Positions 26,885 through 36,484 of a stretch of 64,000 bases of DNA are shown in pieces. A model generated the notes under the pieces. It was given only the letters and a program-made list of their open reading frames with translations. It was not told the DNA's origin and searched no databases. Positions within the stretch are counted from its first letter, which is position 1; every line of letters starts with the position of its first letter. This DNA is from Brevinema sp. (lineage in GTDB: Bacteria; Spirochaetota; Brevinematia; Brevinematales; Brevinemataceae): NCBI GenBank assembly GCA_051649605.1, contig JBOFHK010000025.1, positions 40,956 through 104,955 of the forward strand, read 5' to 3'. Made by a program: the position numbers and the translations under genes.

Positions 26885-28234
26885 ATGCAGTCAATTTCTA
26901 ATTTCTTCTCCAAAATCATGCAAAAATATATGCCTAATGCATATATTTTTGCTCTTATTTTAACATTTATCGTATTTGTTTGTGCCTTATTTGTTACAAA
27001 CCCTTCCGGAGAAGTCAATAATATCATTAATATCGTATCCTATTGGGGAAATGGATTTTGGAGTCTATTAGCTTTTACCATGCAGATGGCACTAATTGTT
27101 ATTACAGGAACAGCCCTAGCATCCACATCTGTTATTAAAAAATTACTCGATACTATTGCTACTAAGCTCAATACTCCTACTAAAGCTATTATTGGTACAG
27201 CGATATTTTCTGTGATTGCTTGTTGGTTTCATTATGGTTTTGGTTTAATTTCTAGTGCTTTACTAGCTCGTAAATTAGCAAGTAAAATTCGTAAAGGTCT
27301 TCATTACCCTCTTCTTGTGGCAACTGCCTATAGTGGATTTCTCGTTTGGCATGGAGGATTATCAGGTTCTATTCCTTTGGTTGTAGCTGAAGGTGATACC
27401 ATCGTTAGGAAAATTCTTGGAGAAAATGCTTCTATTAGTTTAGCTGATACAATTTTTAGCCCCCTTAATCTTATGATTTCTGGAGCTTTACTCATTATTC
27501 TACCTATTATGGCATACCTAATGATGCCTAAAGAAGAGAATGTCCTCGTCCTCAGTGATGAAATAATTGCCCAAATCAATCAAGAAGAACAAGATCCACC
27601 TAAAACCAAAGCAATAACATTTGCTCAGAAATTAGAAAATAGTGTCCTCTTAACAGTATTGACGACCTTTTTAGGGTTTAGCTATATTATCCACTACTTA
27701 AGTAATGGGAGTACTCTTTCTATTAATATTGTAACATTTATTTTTATGATGATTGGGTTAGCATTACACAAAACTCCTCAAAATTATTTACGAGCTTTTC
27801 AAGATGGTGTTAAAGAAACTTCAGGAATTTTACTCCAATTTCCTTTTTATGGAGGCATTATGGGGATTATGACTGCATCTGGCTTGGGATTGGTAATTAC
27901 CGAATTTTTTATTAATATTTCCACCATTCAAACTTTCCCTCTATACACCTTTTTAGTATCAGGGCTGGTAAACTTTTTTGTTCCTTCTGGAGGTGGACAG
28001 TGGGCTGTACAAGGCCATTATGTTTTAAACACTGCCCAACAACTGAACGCCAGTATTCCTAAAGCGATCCTAGCAATTTCTTGGGGAGATGCTTGGACCA
28101 ATATGGTACAGCCTTTTTGGGCTTTACCTTTATTAAGTGTTGCCAAATTAGAAGTCAAAGATATTCTTGGATTCACAACACCTATTTTTATCGTTTCAGG
28201 AATTGTGATTTCTATTTTTTTTCTCTTTTTATAA
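26885..28234 (+). CDS. atoE: Short-chain fatty acid transporter
   Basis: Polytopic membrane protein with an AtoE-like N-terminus (FSKIMQKYMPNAYIFALILT) and VPSGGGQWAVQG. The ATG at 26885 follows a TAGGAG RBS. Confidence 0.85.
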   Translation: MQSISNFFSKIMQKYMPNAYIFALILTFIVFVCALFVTNPSGEVNNIINIVSYWGNGFWSLLAFTMQMALIVITGTALASTSVIKKLLDTIATKLNTPTKAIIGTAIFSVIACWFHYGFGLISSALLARKLASKIRKGLHYPLLVATAYSGFLVWHGGLSGSIPLVVAEGDTIVRKILGENASISLADTIFSPLNLMISGALLIILPIMAYLMMPKEENVLVLSDEIIAQINQEEQDPPKTKAITFAQKLENSVLLTVLTTFLGFSYIIHYLSNGSTLSINIVTFIFMMIGLALHKTPQNYLRAFQDGVKETSGILLQFPFYGGIMGIMTASGLGLVITEFFINISTIQTFPLYTFLVSGLVNFFVPSGGGQWAVQGHYVLNTAQQLNASIPKAILAISWGDAWTNMVQPFWALPLLSVAKLEVKDILGFTTPIFIVSGIVISIFFLFL

Positions 28235-28312
28235 ATTGAATAGGAGGTTATTACGCAGGAATCGTAATTTCTGCTTTTTTCTCTTTTTATAAATTAAAAT
28301 AGGAGGTTATTA
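28199..28312 (+). repeat. Imperfect tandem duplication (~55 nt units, 59 nt apart) of the atoE 3' end plus the atoD RBS
   Basis: ggaattgtgatttct..ataaattgaataggaggttatta is repeated as ggaatcgtaatttct..ataaattaaaataggaggttatta. The first copy is followed by ACG and the second by the atoD ATG. Confidence 0.85.
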
Positions 28313-28989
28313 TGATAGAAAAACCTATTATAAGCCCACAAGAAGCGGTAGCTTTTGTAAAAAGCGGTGATCGGATCATGTGTGGAGGGTTCATGGGATG
28401 TGGTTCAGCAGACACCATTTTCCAATCGATGCTCAAACATTGTACCCATAAAGATTTAATCCTGATTTGTAATGATGGAGCTTGGGGGATTGCTGATAAG
28501 CCTCAAAACGGTGTTGCTCCAATGATTGCCAAAAAACTTTTCAAAAAATTTATTGGCTGCCATATTGGATTAAATCCAGAACTCCAACGCCAAAATAACG
28601 CCGGCGAAACCGAAGTTACCCTTATGCCTATGGGTACGTTTATCGAACGTATCCGTTGTGGCGGTGCTGGTCTGGGAGGGGTGCTTACTCCCACAGGATT
28701 AGGTACTGAAGTTGCAGAGGGCAAACATAAAATAACTGTAGAAGGTAAAGAATACCTACTCGAAGTACCTCTTCGTGCCGATATTGCTTTTATCAAAGCA
28801 CAAAAAGCAGATAAAGCAGGCAATTTAGTTCATTCTAAAACTGCTCGTAATTTTAATAGCGTGATGGCAACTGCCGCTGATCTAGTGATTGTAGAAGTAG
28901 AAGAAATTGTCGAAATTGGAGCAGTTGACCCTAATCACGTACAAACTCCTTTTATCTTTGTTGATTATATCGTTCAAGGAGGCTACTAA
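28312..28989 (+). CDS. atoD: Acetate/3-oxoacid CoA-transferase subunit A
   Basis: GDRIMCGGF, LICNDG and ETEVTLMPMGTFIERIRCGGAGLGG motifs. Confidence 0.9.
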   Translation: MIEKPIISPQEAVAFVKSGDRIMCGGFMGCGSADTIFQSMLKHCTHKDLILICNDGAWGIADKPQNGVAPMIAKKLFKKFIGCHIGLNPELQRQNNAGETEVTLMPMGTFIERIRCGGAGLGGVLTPTGLGTEVAEGKHKITVEGKEYLLEVPLRADIAFIKAQKADKAGNLVHSKTARNFNSVMATAADLVIVEVEEIVEIGAVDPNHVQTPFIFVDYIVQGGY

Positions 28990-29648
28990 TGACTTATGAA
29001 TTTAATAAAAAAGTCCCTCTCACAAGAATAGGACAATTATTTCAACATGGTGATTATGTTAATCTGGGGATTGGTATTCCTGCCGATGCAGCAAACTATA
29101 TCCCTGAAGATCGTACAGTAATTCTACAATCAGAAAACGGATTTCTTGGTATGGGACCCGCACCCGAAGTATCCGATAAAGATCTCCAAACAGCAGGGGG
29201 GCAACCTAGTTCGATTCTCAAAGGAGGCTGTTTCTTTGATTCTACCATCTCTTTCACTATTATTCGTGGAGGACATTTAGATTATACCGTTTTGGGTTAT
29301 TTAGAGGTCGACCAAGAACAAAATATCGCTAACTATAAAATCCCTGGTATCCGATTCCCTGGAATGGGGGGAGCAATGGATCTTGTTGCAGGGGCAAAAA
29401 AAGTTATCGTTGTAGGTACTCATATCGATAAAAACGGAGAAAGTAAGCTTCTCAAAAAATGTACCCTCCCTCTTACCGGCACAAAAGCCGTATATATGGT
29501 GGTTACCGATGCAGCATTATTTACTTTCCAGTCAGATAAATTTTTCTTAGAAGAAGTCTTTGAACCTTATACAATTGATTGGGTTATCGAACATACAGCA
29601 GGCGATGTTCTTGTTTCCGATAACGTAAAAATTTTAAAAATAATATAA
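28989..29648 (+). CDS. atoA: Acetate/3-oxoacid CoA-transferase subunit B
   Basis: LQSENGFLGMGP (catalytic Glu region) and GMGGAMDLVAGAKKVIV. ATGA overlap with atoD. Confidence 0.9.
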   Translation: MTYEFNKKVPLTRIGQLFQHGDYVNLGIGIPADAANYIPEDRTVILQSENGFLGMGPAPEVSDKDLQTAGGQPSSILKGGCFFDSTISFTIIRGGHLDYTVLGYLEVDQEQNIANYKIPGIRFPGMGGAMDLVAGAKKVIVVGTHIDKNGESKLLKKCTLPLTGTKAVYMVVTDAALFTFQSDKFFLEEVFEPYTIDWVIEHTAGDVLVSDNVKILKII

Positions 29649-29663
29649 GTAAGGAAGATTATC

Positions 29664-30869
29664 ATGTCTAGAGTATTTATTATTGATGCCAAAAGAACTC
29701 CCGTCGGCTCATTTAATGGAGTACTTTCTTCTGTAGCACCTGGAGATCTCGGTGCAGTCGCCATTAAAGCTATTCTTCAAAATAAAAACTTCCCTTTGGA
29801 AACTATTGACGAAGTCATTATGGGAAACGTTCTTATGGCTGGTCAAAAACAAGGAATAGCACGTCAATCTTCGATTAAAGCTCATATTCCTAATTCTGTA
29901 CCAGCTTATGGGGTTAATATGATCTGCGGTAGTGGAATGAAAACTCTAATGATCGCTTATTCTGCTATTAAAGCTGGGATCAACAATCTCACCATTGCTG
30001 GTGGTACTGAGAGCATGTCTAATGCTCCATTTTTAATCCCAGCTTCTACAAGAAAGGGATTCAAAATGGGCGATATGAATATAACAGATCACATGGTATC
30101 AGACGCCTTAACCGATGCTTTTAAATATATCCATATGGGAATTACTGCCGAAAATATTGCTCATAAATTCCAGATTTCTCGTGAAGAACAAGACCAATTT
30201 GCTTATCACTCTCAACAAAAAGCGATTACCGCTATAGATAGTGGTCGCTTTTTAGAAGAAATCTGCCCAGTAGAAATTTCTTCTAAAAAGGGAGTTACCC
30301 TTGTTGATACAGATGAATATCCTAATCGAAAAACTACGTTAGACATTTTATCAGGTCTTCGGCCAGCATTTTCTAAAGAAGGTAGTGTAACAGCTGGTAA
30401 TGCTTCTGGGATCAACGATGGAGCCGCAGCTTTTCTTCTTGCTAGTGAGGAAGCTGTTAACCAGTATAAACTTAACCCTATAGCAGAAATTATCGGTATT
30501 GGTCAAGGGGGTTGTGATCCTGAAACAATGGGCTTAGGACCTGCACCAGCGATCAAACATGTTCTTAAATCAACAGGTATGAATTTACAAGATATTGAAT
30601 TATACGAGCTCAACGAAGCGTTTGCTGCCCAAGCTCTTGGGGTAATACGTATGTTATCAGATGAGTCAGATATGAGCAAAGAAGAAATTCTTAGTCGTTG
30701 TAATGTTAATGGAGGAGCAATTGCTATTGGACACCCCGTAGGGGCATCGGGCACACGAATCAGTGTTACCCTCCTTCACGAAATGATTAAACGTAATGTT
30801 GAGTATGGACTTGCGTCTCTCTGTATTGGTGGCGGTATGGGTACTGCTGTGATTTTCAAAAAAATATAA
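29664..30869 (+). CDS. atoB: Acetyl-CoA C-acetyltransferase (thiolase II)
   Basis: VNMICGSGMK (active-site Cys), NVNGGAIAIGHPVGASG and CIGGGMG signatures. Confidence 0.93.
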   Translation: MSRVFIIDAKRTPVGSFNGVLSSVAPGDLGAVAIKAILQNKNFPLETIDEVIMGNVLMAGQKQGIARQSSIKAHIPNSVPAYGVNMICGSGMKTLMIAYSAIKAGINNLTIAGGTESMSNAPFLIPASTRKGFKMGDMNITDHMVSDALTDAFKYIHMGITAENIAHKFQISREEQDQFAYHSQQKAITAIDSGRFLEEICPVEISSKKGVTLVDTDEYPNRKTTLDILSGLRPAFSKEGSVTAGNASGINDGAAAFLLASEEAVNQYKLNPIAEIIGIGQGGCDPETMGLGPAPAIKHVLKSTGMNLQDIELYELNEAFAAQALGVIRMLSDESDMSKEEILSRCNVNGGAIAIGHPVGASGTRISVTLLHEMIKRNVEYGLASLCIGGGMGTAVIFKKI

Positions 30870-30977
30870 CAATAGTTGAGCCTCCTTCTTAAGAGATAAG
30901 TTTTTATCGCTAAGAAAAAATTTAATACCATAGACATTTAAAAGATATTAATAATACCGAGCATTTAAGGATCTCAT

Positions 30978-31901
30978 ATGCCTTCTCATATTCTTATTCC
31001 TATCTATCTTACACTATGTGGATTTCTCATGCCCCTACTTCGTTATACGGGGGCATTATTTTCACCAACAACAAGTAATGCGGTACGATTCGTCTCTGGG
31101 GGGCTTGTACTTTTATTTTTATCTTATCGACGCTTTTGTTCTTCCCCAGCATCGTTTATAACATTTTTATCATTTTTTAAAAAGCGATATTATACAATAT
31201 TTGCTATGATTATCTTAATGTGTATCAATATGGTTTGTATGATCCAAGGTTTAATATTAACTTCTTCTTTTACTGCTGGGATATTTAATACCTTTGGTAT
31301 TCCTGCTACGGCACTCATTGCCACATTATTTTTTCAAGATGAACGACAACGAGTATTCCACTATTCTTTTATGATTGGCATAAGTATTTGTATTGTTGGT
31401 TCATTAGTGTTCATTTATCGAGGCTCTGAAAGTATCCAATTTTCACAAGGGTTTTTCTATTTAGGAATAAGCGTTCTCGCTCAAATTATCTTGAATAATC
31501 TCATTAAATATCTCACTCAACATGTTTCCACTCTTTATTTAGCGACATCTAATGCCCTAGGAGCTGGAATTGTCTTAATGATCCTTGCTTTTCTTTCACA
31601 AGATATTATTGAATTGACAAAAGTACCCCTCCGCAGCATCTTTTTATTAATTTTTGCAGGAGTTTATGGGATTCTTGTAGGCATGATTTTAGGTTTTAAC
31701 GTAATCAAACAAACAGGAATTAGCACCTTTAATGTTATTCAATTATTAATCCCTGTAGCTATTGCTTTTATTTCTCTTTTATTATTTAACGAATCCATCA
31801 CAATAGCTCAGATTATTGGCTCAGGAATCATCATTACTGGATCATTTTCTTGTATTTACGGAAAAAAAATATTCCAAAAAAAATTATCTGATAACATATA
31901 A
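30978..31901 (+). CDS. EamA/DMT family transporter
   Basis: About ten hydrophobic helices in two similar halves; typical DMT length. Confidence 0.7.
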   Translation: MPSHILIPIYLTLCGFLMPLLRYTGALFSPTTSNAVRFVSGGLVLLFLSYRRFCSSPASFITFLSFFKKRYYTIFAMIILMCINMVCMIQGLILTSSFTAGIFNTFGIPATALIATLFFQDERQRVFHYSFMIGISICIVGSLVFIYRGSESIQFSQGFFYLGISVLAQIILNNLIKYLTQHVSTLYLATSNALGAGIVLMILAFLSQDIIELTKVPLRSIFLLIFAGVYGILVGMILGFNVIKQTGISTFNVIQLLIPVAIAFISLLLFNESITIAQIIGSGIIITGSFSCIYGKKIFQKKLSDNI

Positions 31902-31908
31902 GGAGTTT

Positions 31909-32718
31909 ATTATAAAAAAAGTCGTACTCATTACCGGTGCTTCATCAGGTATCGGATATAATATAGCTATCACATTAGCCCGTCAAGGTTTTCAAGTCTA
32001 TGCTCTCGCACGCAGAACCCTGCTTATGGAAAATCTAAAAACTGAAAATATTATTCCTATGATGCTCGATATAACATCCTCAGAAAATATTCAATCTGTT
32101 GTTCAAGAAATTTTAGCTAAAGAACAAAAAATAGATGTCCTAATTAACAATGCAGGATATGGATTTTATGGAGCGTTGGAAGAAGATCCCATCCAAAAAG
32201 GACGAGATCTTTTTGAGGTGAATCTCTTTGGTTTAATGGAAATGACTCAAGCCGTACTTCCTTCTATGAGACAACAAAAGAATGGGGTGATTATTAATAT
32301 TTCATCCGTCGTTGGTAAAGTTGCTTTCCCCTATATGGGGTGGTACAGTGCTTCCAAATTTGCCGTCGAAGGTCTCAGCGACGCCCTCCGCTTAGAATTA
32401 AAACCTTTTAATACTAAGGTTGTTCTTATCGAACCAGGTAGAGTCGAGTCGGAATTTGGACACAGAGCGTTTCAACTTTCTGATATTCAATCTGACTCTC
32501 CTTACCAAGAAAAAAAAGTAGCCTTCCAACATCTAGTTGATACCAACCCTATCCCTTCCGATAAGTCTGAGTCTATCTCCAACACTGTCCTAAAAATATT
32601 AAAGACTCCTAATCCCCATACTCGTTATTTACCAAATCTGGATGGTAAACTTGCTGTATTCCTAAAAAAATGGCTCGGGGATAAAATTATCGATTGGGGA
32701 ATTAGTTTTCGCTTATGA
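31909..32718 (+). CDS. SDR family oxidoreductase (classical, TGxxxGIG); start codon uncertain
   Basis: VVLITGASSGIG, NNAG and YSASK motifs. There is no in-frame ATG/GTG between the EamA stop and the Rossmann motif. An AAGGAG RBS at 31900-31905 is followed by ATT (31909) and ATA (31912). The only conventional start is a TTG at 31816, inside the EamA gene. Confidence 0.75.
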   Translation: MIKKVVLITGASSGIGYNIAITLARQGFQVYALARRTLLMENLKTENIIPMMLDITSSENIQSVVQEILAKEQKIDVLINNAGYGFYGALEEDPIQKGRDLFEVNLFGLMEMTQAVLPSMRQQKNGVIINISSVVGKVAFPYMGWYSASKFAVEGLSDALRLELKPFNTKVVLIEPGRVESEFGHRAFQLSDIQSDSPYQEKKVAFQHLVDTNPIPSDKSESISNTVLKILKTPNPHTRYLPNLDGKLAVFLKKWLGDKIIDWGISFRL

Positions 32719-32860
32719 ATATTCCTAGGTATTAGCCAATAATTACTAAGATAATTGGGGGCAAGAATTAACTGTTATTAATAATAATATTAGTTTCAAA
32801 ATATTCAACAAGCACCGAATAAAAGTATCAAAGAACAATATCATAAAAAAGGAGAATTTT

Positions 32861-33745
32861 ATGAAATATTTACCATTATTAATGGTTTTACTAATTAGCT
32901 GCGTCGAGAAAAAAACAGATGCTGTTGTTTTTCAGAGTGATTTCGGTCTCGAAAATAATGCTGTTGCTTCCATGTACGGAGTTTCTGCACAGGTCGATCC
33001 TTCTTTAAAAATGTACAACCTCAGTCATGATGTGCCAGAATATGATATTTGGTACGCTTCCCTTAATCTTAGCGGCGTTATCGAATATTGGCCTAAAGGC
33101 ACAGTATTTGTCTCTGTGGTTGATCCTGGTGTTGGGACAGCTCGTTATTCTGTCGTCGCAAAAACCAAAACAGGACACTATATTGTTACTCCAGATAATG
33201 GTACGCTCACCTTTATTCATGAAAAATTTGGGATCGAAGAATTAAGGGAAATCGATGAAGTGGTAAACAGACGAGCAGACAGCGAAAAATCTTATACTTT
33301 CCATGGAAGAGATGTATATGCCTATACTGCTGCTCGTTTAGCATCAAAAACAATTTCTTTTGCACAAGTCGGGCAAAAATTAGATCCCTCTCCCGTCCTA
33401 TTAAATTACACTCCTGCCCAAAAAAATAATCAAACATTTGAAGGCACAATTGTACTTATCGATTCTCCTTATGGTAATATTTGGAGTAATATTGATAGAG
33501 AGTTATTCCTAAGTGAAGGTATTCAAGTCGGCGATCGTATTAATGTGCGTATTTCCCATAATAATCAAGAAGTATATCGTGGAGCAATGGTTTACGTTGA
33601 TACTTTTGGGAATGTACCAGAAGGTGATGCATTACTTTATATTAATAGTTCTTATGAAGTATCTCTTGCAATCAATATGGGAAATTTTGCGGAACAATAT
33701 AAAATCGGCTATGGTGAAGGTTGGAAAATAGAAGTTTCAAAATAA
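32861..33745 (+). CDS. SAM hydrolase / SAM hydroxide adenosyltransferase family (DUF62) with a lipoprotein signal peptide
   Basis: VVFQSDFGLENN, VSVVDPGVGT, VTPDNGTLT and TFHGRDVYA motifs of the DUF62/chlorinase-fluorinase-like family. The N-terminus MKYLPLLMVLLISC is a signal peptide with a lipobox. Confidence 0.8.
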   Translation: MKYLPLLMVLLISCVEKKTDAVVFQSDFGLENNAVASMYGVSAQVDPSLKMYNLSHDVPEYDIWYASLNLSGVIEYWPKGTVFVSVVDPGVGTARYSVVAKTKTGHYIVTPDNGTLTFIHEKFGIEELREIDEVVNRRADSEKSYTFHGRDVYAYTAARLASKTISFAQVGQKLDPSPVLLNYTPAQKNNQTFEGTIVLIDSPYGNIWSNIDRELFLSEGIQVGDRINVRISHNNQEVYRGAMVYVDTFGNVPEGDALLYINSSYEVSLAINMGNFAEQYKIGYGEGWKIEVSK

Positions 33746-33802
33746 TAAACTAAACAAAATTTTCTATCTCATACATCAAAAACAATCAAACAAACTTGGC
33801 TT

Positions 33803-33852
33803 ATCTATAAAATAAACTCTTGTAAATATTTACAAGAGTTTATTTTATAGAT
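33803..33852. terminator. Bidirectional terminator (24-bp perfect AT-rich hairpin)
   Basis: atctataaaataaactcttgtaaa / tttacaagagtttattttatagat between convergent genes. Confidence 0.7.
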
Positions 33853-33909
33853 AGTTGATTCAAAGGATGATAAGTTGATCTATAATTCATAATATCAAAG
33901 AGAAATTAT

Positions 33910-34713
33910 TTAAAAATCAAATTTTGTATTTTGAACATCTGCAGGATAACGAGCAGAGGTAAGATCAATCCCCCCCATAACAGGAAGTAAGACCCCCGTA
34001 ATAAATTCTGCTTTATTACTGAGAAGGAAGGCTACCGCCTCAGCAATATCTTGTGGTAATCCGATTTTTTGGATGGGTTGTACAGCTAAAAATTCATCGA
34101 TTTTTGCTTGAGAAAGATTATTTTTTACAGCATCAGTAGCAATCATCCCAGGAAGTACCGCATTACAACGAATCCCATAACGAGCATATTGAATCGCCGT
34201 TTGTTGCGTGATATGGTTAATCCCCGCTTTTACAGTTCCATAAGCAATACCAGTAAGATCAGGAGATAAAGAACTAAGCGAAGAAATATTCACGATACTT
34301 CCTTTTTGATGTTTTACCATATAAGGAATTACCATTTTTGAAGTAAGAAATACAGAATTAAGATTCGAAAGAATATTTTTTTCCCAATCATGAATCTCTG
34401 TATGCACTAAATCTTTATCTAGTTTGGGATTTGTCCCTCCAAAATTATTAACCAAGAGATCAATCGTTTTTTCTTTATTGATAATAGTGGCTATCATTGT
34501 TACATAACTTTGATTTTGGAAAGCATCGAAAAAAATTCCTTCGGCTTGGTAGCCTTGTCGTCGTAATTGTTCCACAGATTCTTTAGCTTGTTCTTCATTC
34601 CAATCAGCTAAATAAACTTTTGCTCCTCGTTCCGCCAACAAACAAGCACACGCATAGCCTATCCCTTGAGCACCAGCTGTAACAAGAGCAATTTGATTTT
34701 TAAACATAGTCAA
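33910..34713 (-). CDS. SDR family oxidoreductase (FabG/KduD-like), last gene of the GH2-ABC operon
   Basis: VTAGAQGIG, NNFG and YGTVKAG motifs. Confidence 0.8.
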   Translation of the reverse strand: MTMFKNQIALVTAGAQGIGYACACLLAERGAKVYLADWNEEQAKESVEQLRRQGYQAEGIFFDAFQNQSYVTMIATIINKEKTIDLLVNNFGGTNPKLDKDLVHTEIHDWEKNILSNLNSVFLTSKMVIPYMVKHQKGSIVNISSLSSLSPDLTGIAYGTVKAGINHITQQTAIQYARYGIRCNAVLPGMIATDAVKNNLSQAKIDEFLAVQPIQKIGLPQDIAEAVAFLLSNKAEFITGVLLPVMGGIDLTSARYPADVQNTKFDF

Positions 34714-34782
34714 TCCTAGAGTTTTTATATAATTAATATTAATAAATAATAAACAAAACCCTAGAAAAAAACAAGTTTTAAG

Positions 34783-35604
34783 CTATTTAACGCCGCCTGT
34801 CATAGTATTTTCGGTGATTTGTTTCTGAAATAATAAAAAACAACAAACTGTCGGCAATCCAGCAATAAGATTCGCTGCCATAGGTAGGGTAAGATCTAAA
34901 GCAATATAACTATCTAAAAATTGATTCAAACCGATCGGTAGAGTATAAAGTGAAGACTTACTGATTACAAGTAAAGGCCAGATAAAAGAATTCCAAGATC
35001 CGATAAAAGAAAGAATAGCCATCGTAGAAATAATACCACTCGATATTGGCAAATAGATCGTAGAGAAGATTTGAAAATGGTTCGCTCCATCTATTTTAGC
35101 CGCCTCACCAAAAGAAGAGGGGATTTGATCAAAATAGTTTTTAATGACAAGAATAGAAAACACATTTACTAATCCTGGAAGAAGCATTCCCAGATAAGTA
35201 TTCCCTAATTTAAAATTCACTACCACTTGCATAAAAAGAGGGATAATAACTGCCTCTCCAGGAATTAAGAAAGAAAGAAACAAGAGAAAAAAGAGAAGTT
35301 TTTTTCCTGTAAAAGATATTTGTGAAAATACATAAGCAGTCAGAGAACAAATAATCGTACTCAAAATCGTATGTGCAGTAGAAATAAAAAGACTATTAAA
35401 CATCCATAATTTATAAGAGGGGTGATCCCATAATTTTGCAAAGTTTTCCAGTGTCCATGCTCCTGTAAAAATTTTATCTACAATAGCAATAGAATGACCA
35501 TAAGGTTTAAATGCAGAAATAATCATCCAAATAATAGGAAAAAACCATATTAGGGCAAAAAATATTCCTGTACCCCACCAAATAAAAAGAGAAAATTTTT
35601 TCAT
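34783..35604 (-). CDS. Carbohydrate ABC transporter permease (MalG-like)
   Basis: EAA loop FGEAAKIDGANHFQIF; six TM segments. Confidence 0.88.
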   Translation of the reverse strand: MKKFSLFIWWGTGIFFALIWFFPIIWMIISAFKPYGHSIAIVDKIFTGAWTLENFAKLWDHPSYKLWMFNSLFISTAHTILSTIICSLTAYVFSQISFTGKKLLFFLLFLSFLIPGEAVIIPLFMQVVVNFKLGNTYLGMLLPGLVNVFSILVIKNYFDQIPSSFGEAAKIDGANHFQIFSTIYLPISSGIISTMAILSFIGSWNSFIWPLLVISKSSLYTLPIGLNQFLDSYIALDLTLPMAANLIAGLPTVCCFLLFQKQITENTMTGGVK

Positions 35605-36476
35605 AATTGTTTCCTAAAAGAAGTTTTTATTTGAATAAGGGTTAGGATAATTAAAAATAACATCAATAATACAGAAATCGCTGCAGCATAACCAGGATTC
35701 CTCGCTCCAAAACCAAGATCATAAATATATTGTACAATAGAACGCGTCATATGATCAGGGCCTCCTCCTGTTAAAATTAGCGGTTGCCCAAATAATTTAA
35801 AATTAGCAATAACCTGTAACACTACTAAAACCCCTAAAGTTGGAAGAAGATGAGGTAAGGTGATGAAAAAAAATTTTTGTAGAGCATTAACCCCATCCAA
35901 CTCTGCTGCTTCAAAAATATCCTGTGGGATAGAGCGTAATGCCGCAATCACAATAAGCATATTTATTCCCACCGTCCACCATAAGGTCGAAAGAATAATC
36001 GTCCAACGAGCGAGATGGGCATCATAAAGCCACCGCCACCCTGACAAAGAAGTACCAGCCATCAGAGAACTCCAAAGCCCTAGATCCAAACGAAAAATTA
36101 ATACCCATAGTGTAGTCATAATGGTAATAATAAGTACGGTAGGAATATAAAAACTAATACGGAGCATCGTAGAAATCCCTCGGGGATGCTGAGCCCACAA
36201 AGCAAAGAGTACCGCCATTCCTATATAAATAGGAGTAGAAATCACAACAAACAAGACCGTATTCATTAAGGTACGAAACACCAAAGGGTCTTGAAATAAC
36301 TTAGTATAATTGGTAAAGCCTATAAAAGACATATCGTTAAAAGGCCCCGTATGGAAAGACATCATTAATGCTCCCACCATCGGTTGGAGAATAAACAATA
36401 GAAAAAGGATAAAAAATGGAGCAAGCATAATCCATGCAATAATATTTTCTCCTTTTTTGGGGTATTGTTTTTTCAT
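35601..36476 (-). CDS. Carbohydrate ABC transporter permease (MalF-like)
   Basis: EAA loop EAAELDGVNALQKFFFITLP. 4-nt overlap with the downstream permease gene. Confidence 0.88.
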   Translation of the reverse strand: MKKQYPKKGENIIAWIMLAPFFILFLLFILQPMVGALMMSFHTGPFNDMSFIGFTNYTKLFQDPLVFRTLMNTVLFVVISTPIYIGMAVLFALWAQHPRGISTMLRISFYIPTVLIITIMTTLWVLIFRLDLGLWSSLMAGTSLSGWRWLYDAHLARWTIILSTLWWTVGINMLIVIAALRSIPQDIFEAAELDGVNALQKFFFITLPHLLPTLGVLVVLQVIANFKLFGQPLILTGGGPDHMTRSIVQYIYDLGFGARNPGYAAAISVLLMLFLIILTLIQIKTSFRKQL

Positions 36477-36484
36477 AATACTCC

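Noticed and set aside
31816-31901. Possible EamA-SDR gene fusion or frameshift
   Set aside because: The EamA frame ends in a clean TAA, the SDR is in another frame, and a strong RBS sits at the junction. Two separate genes is the simpler reading, and only the SDR start codon remains unclear.
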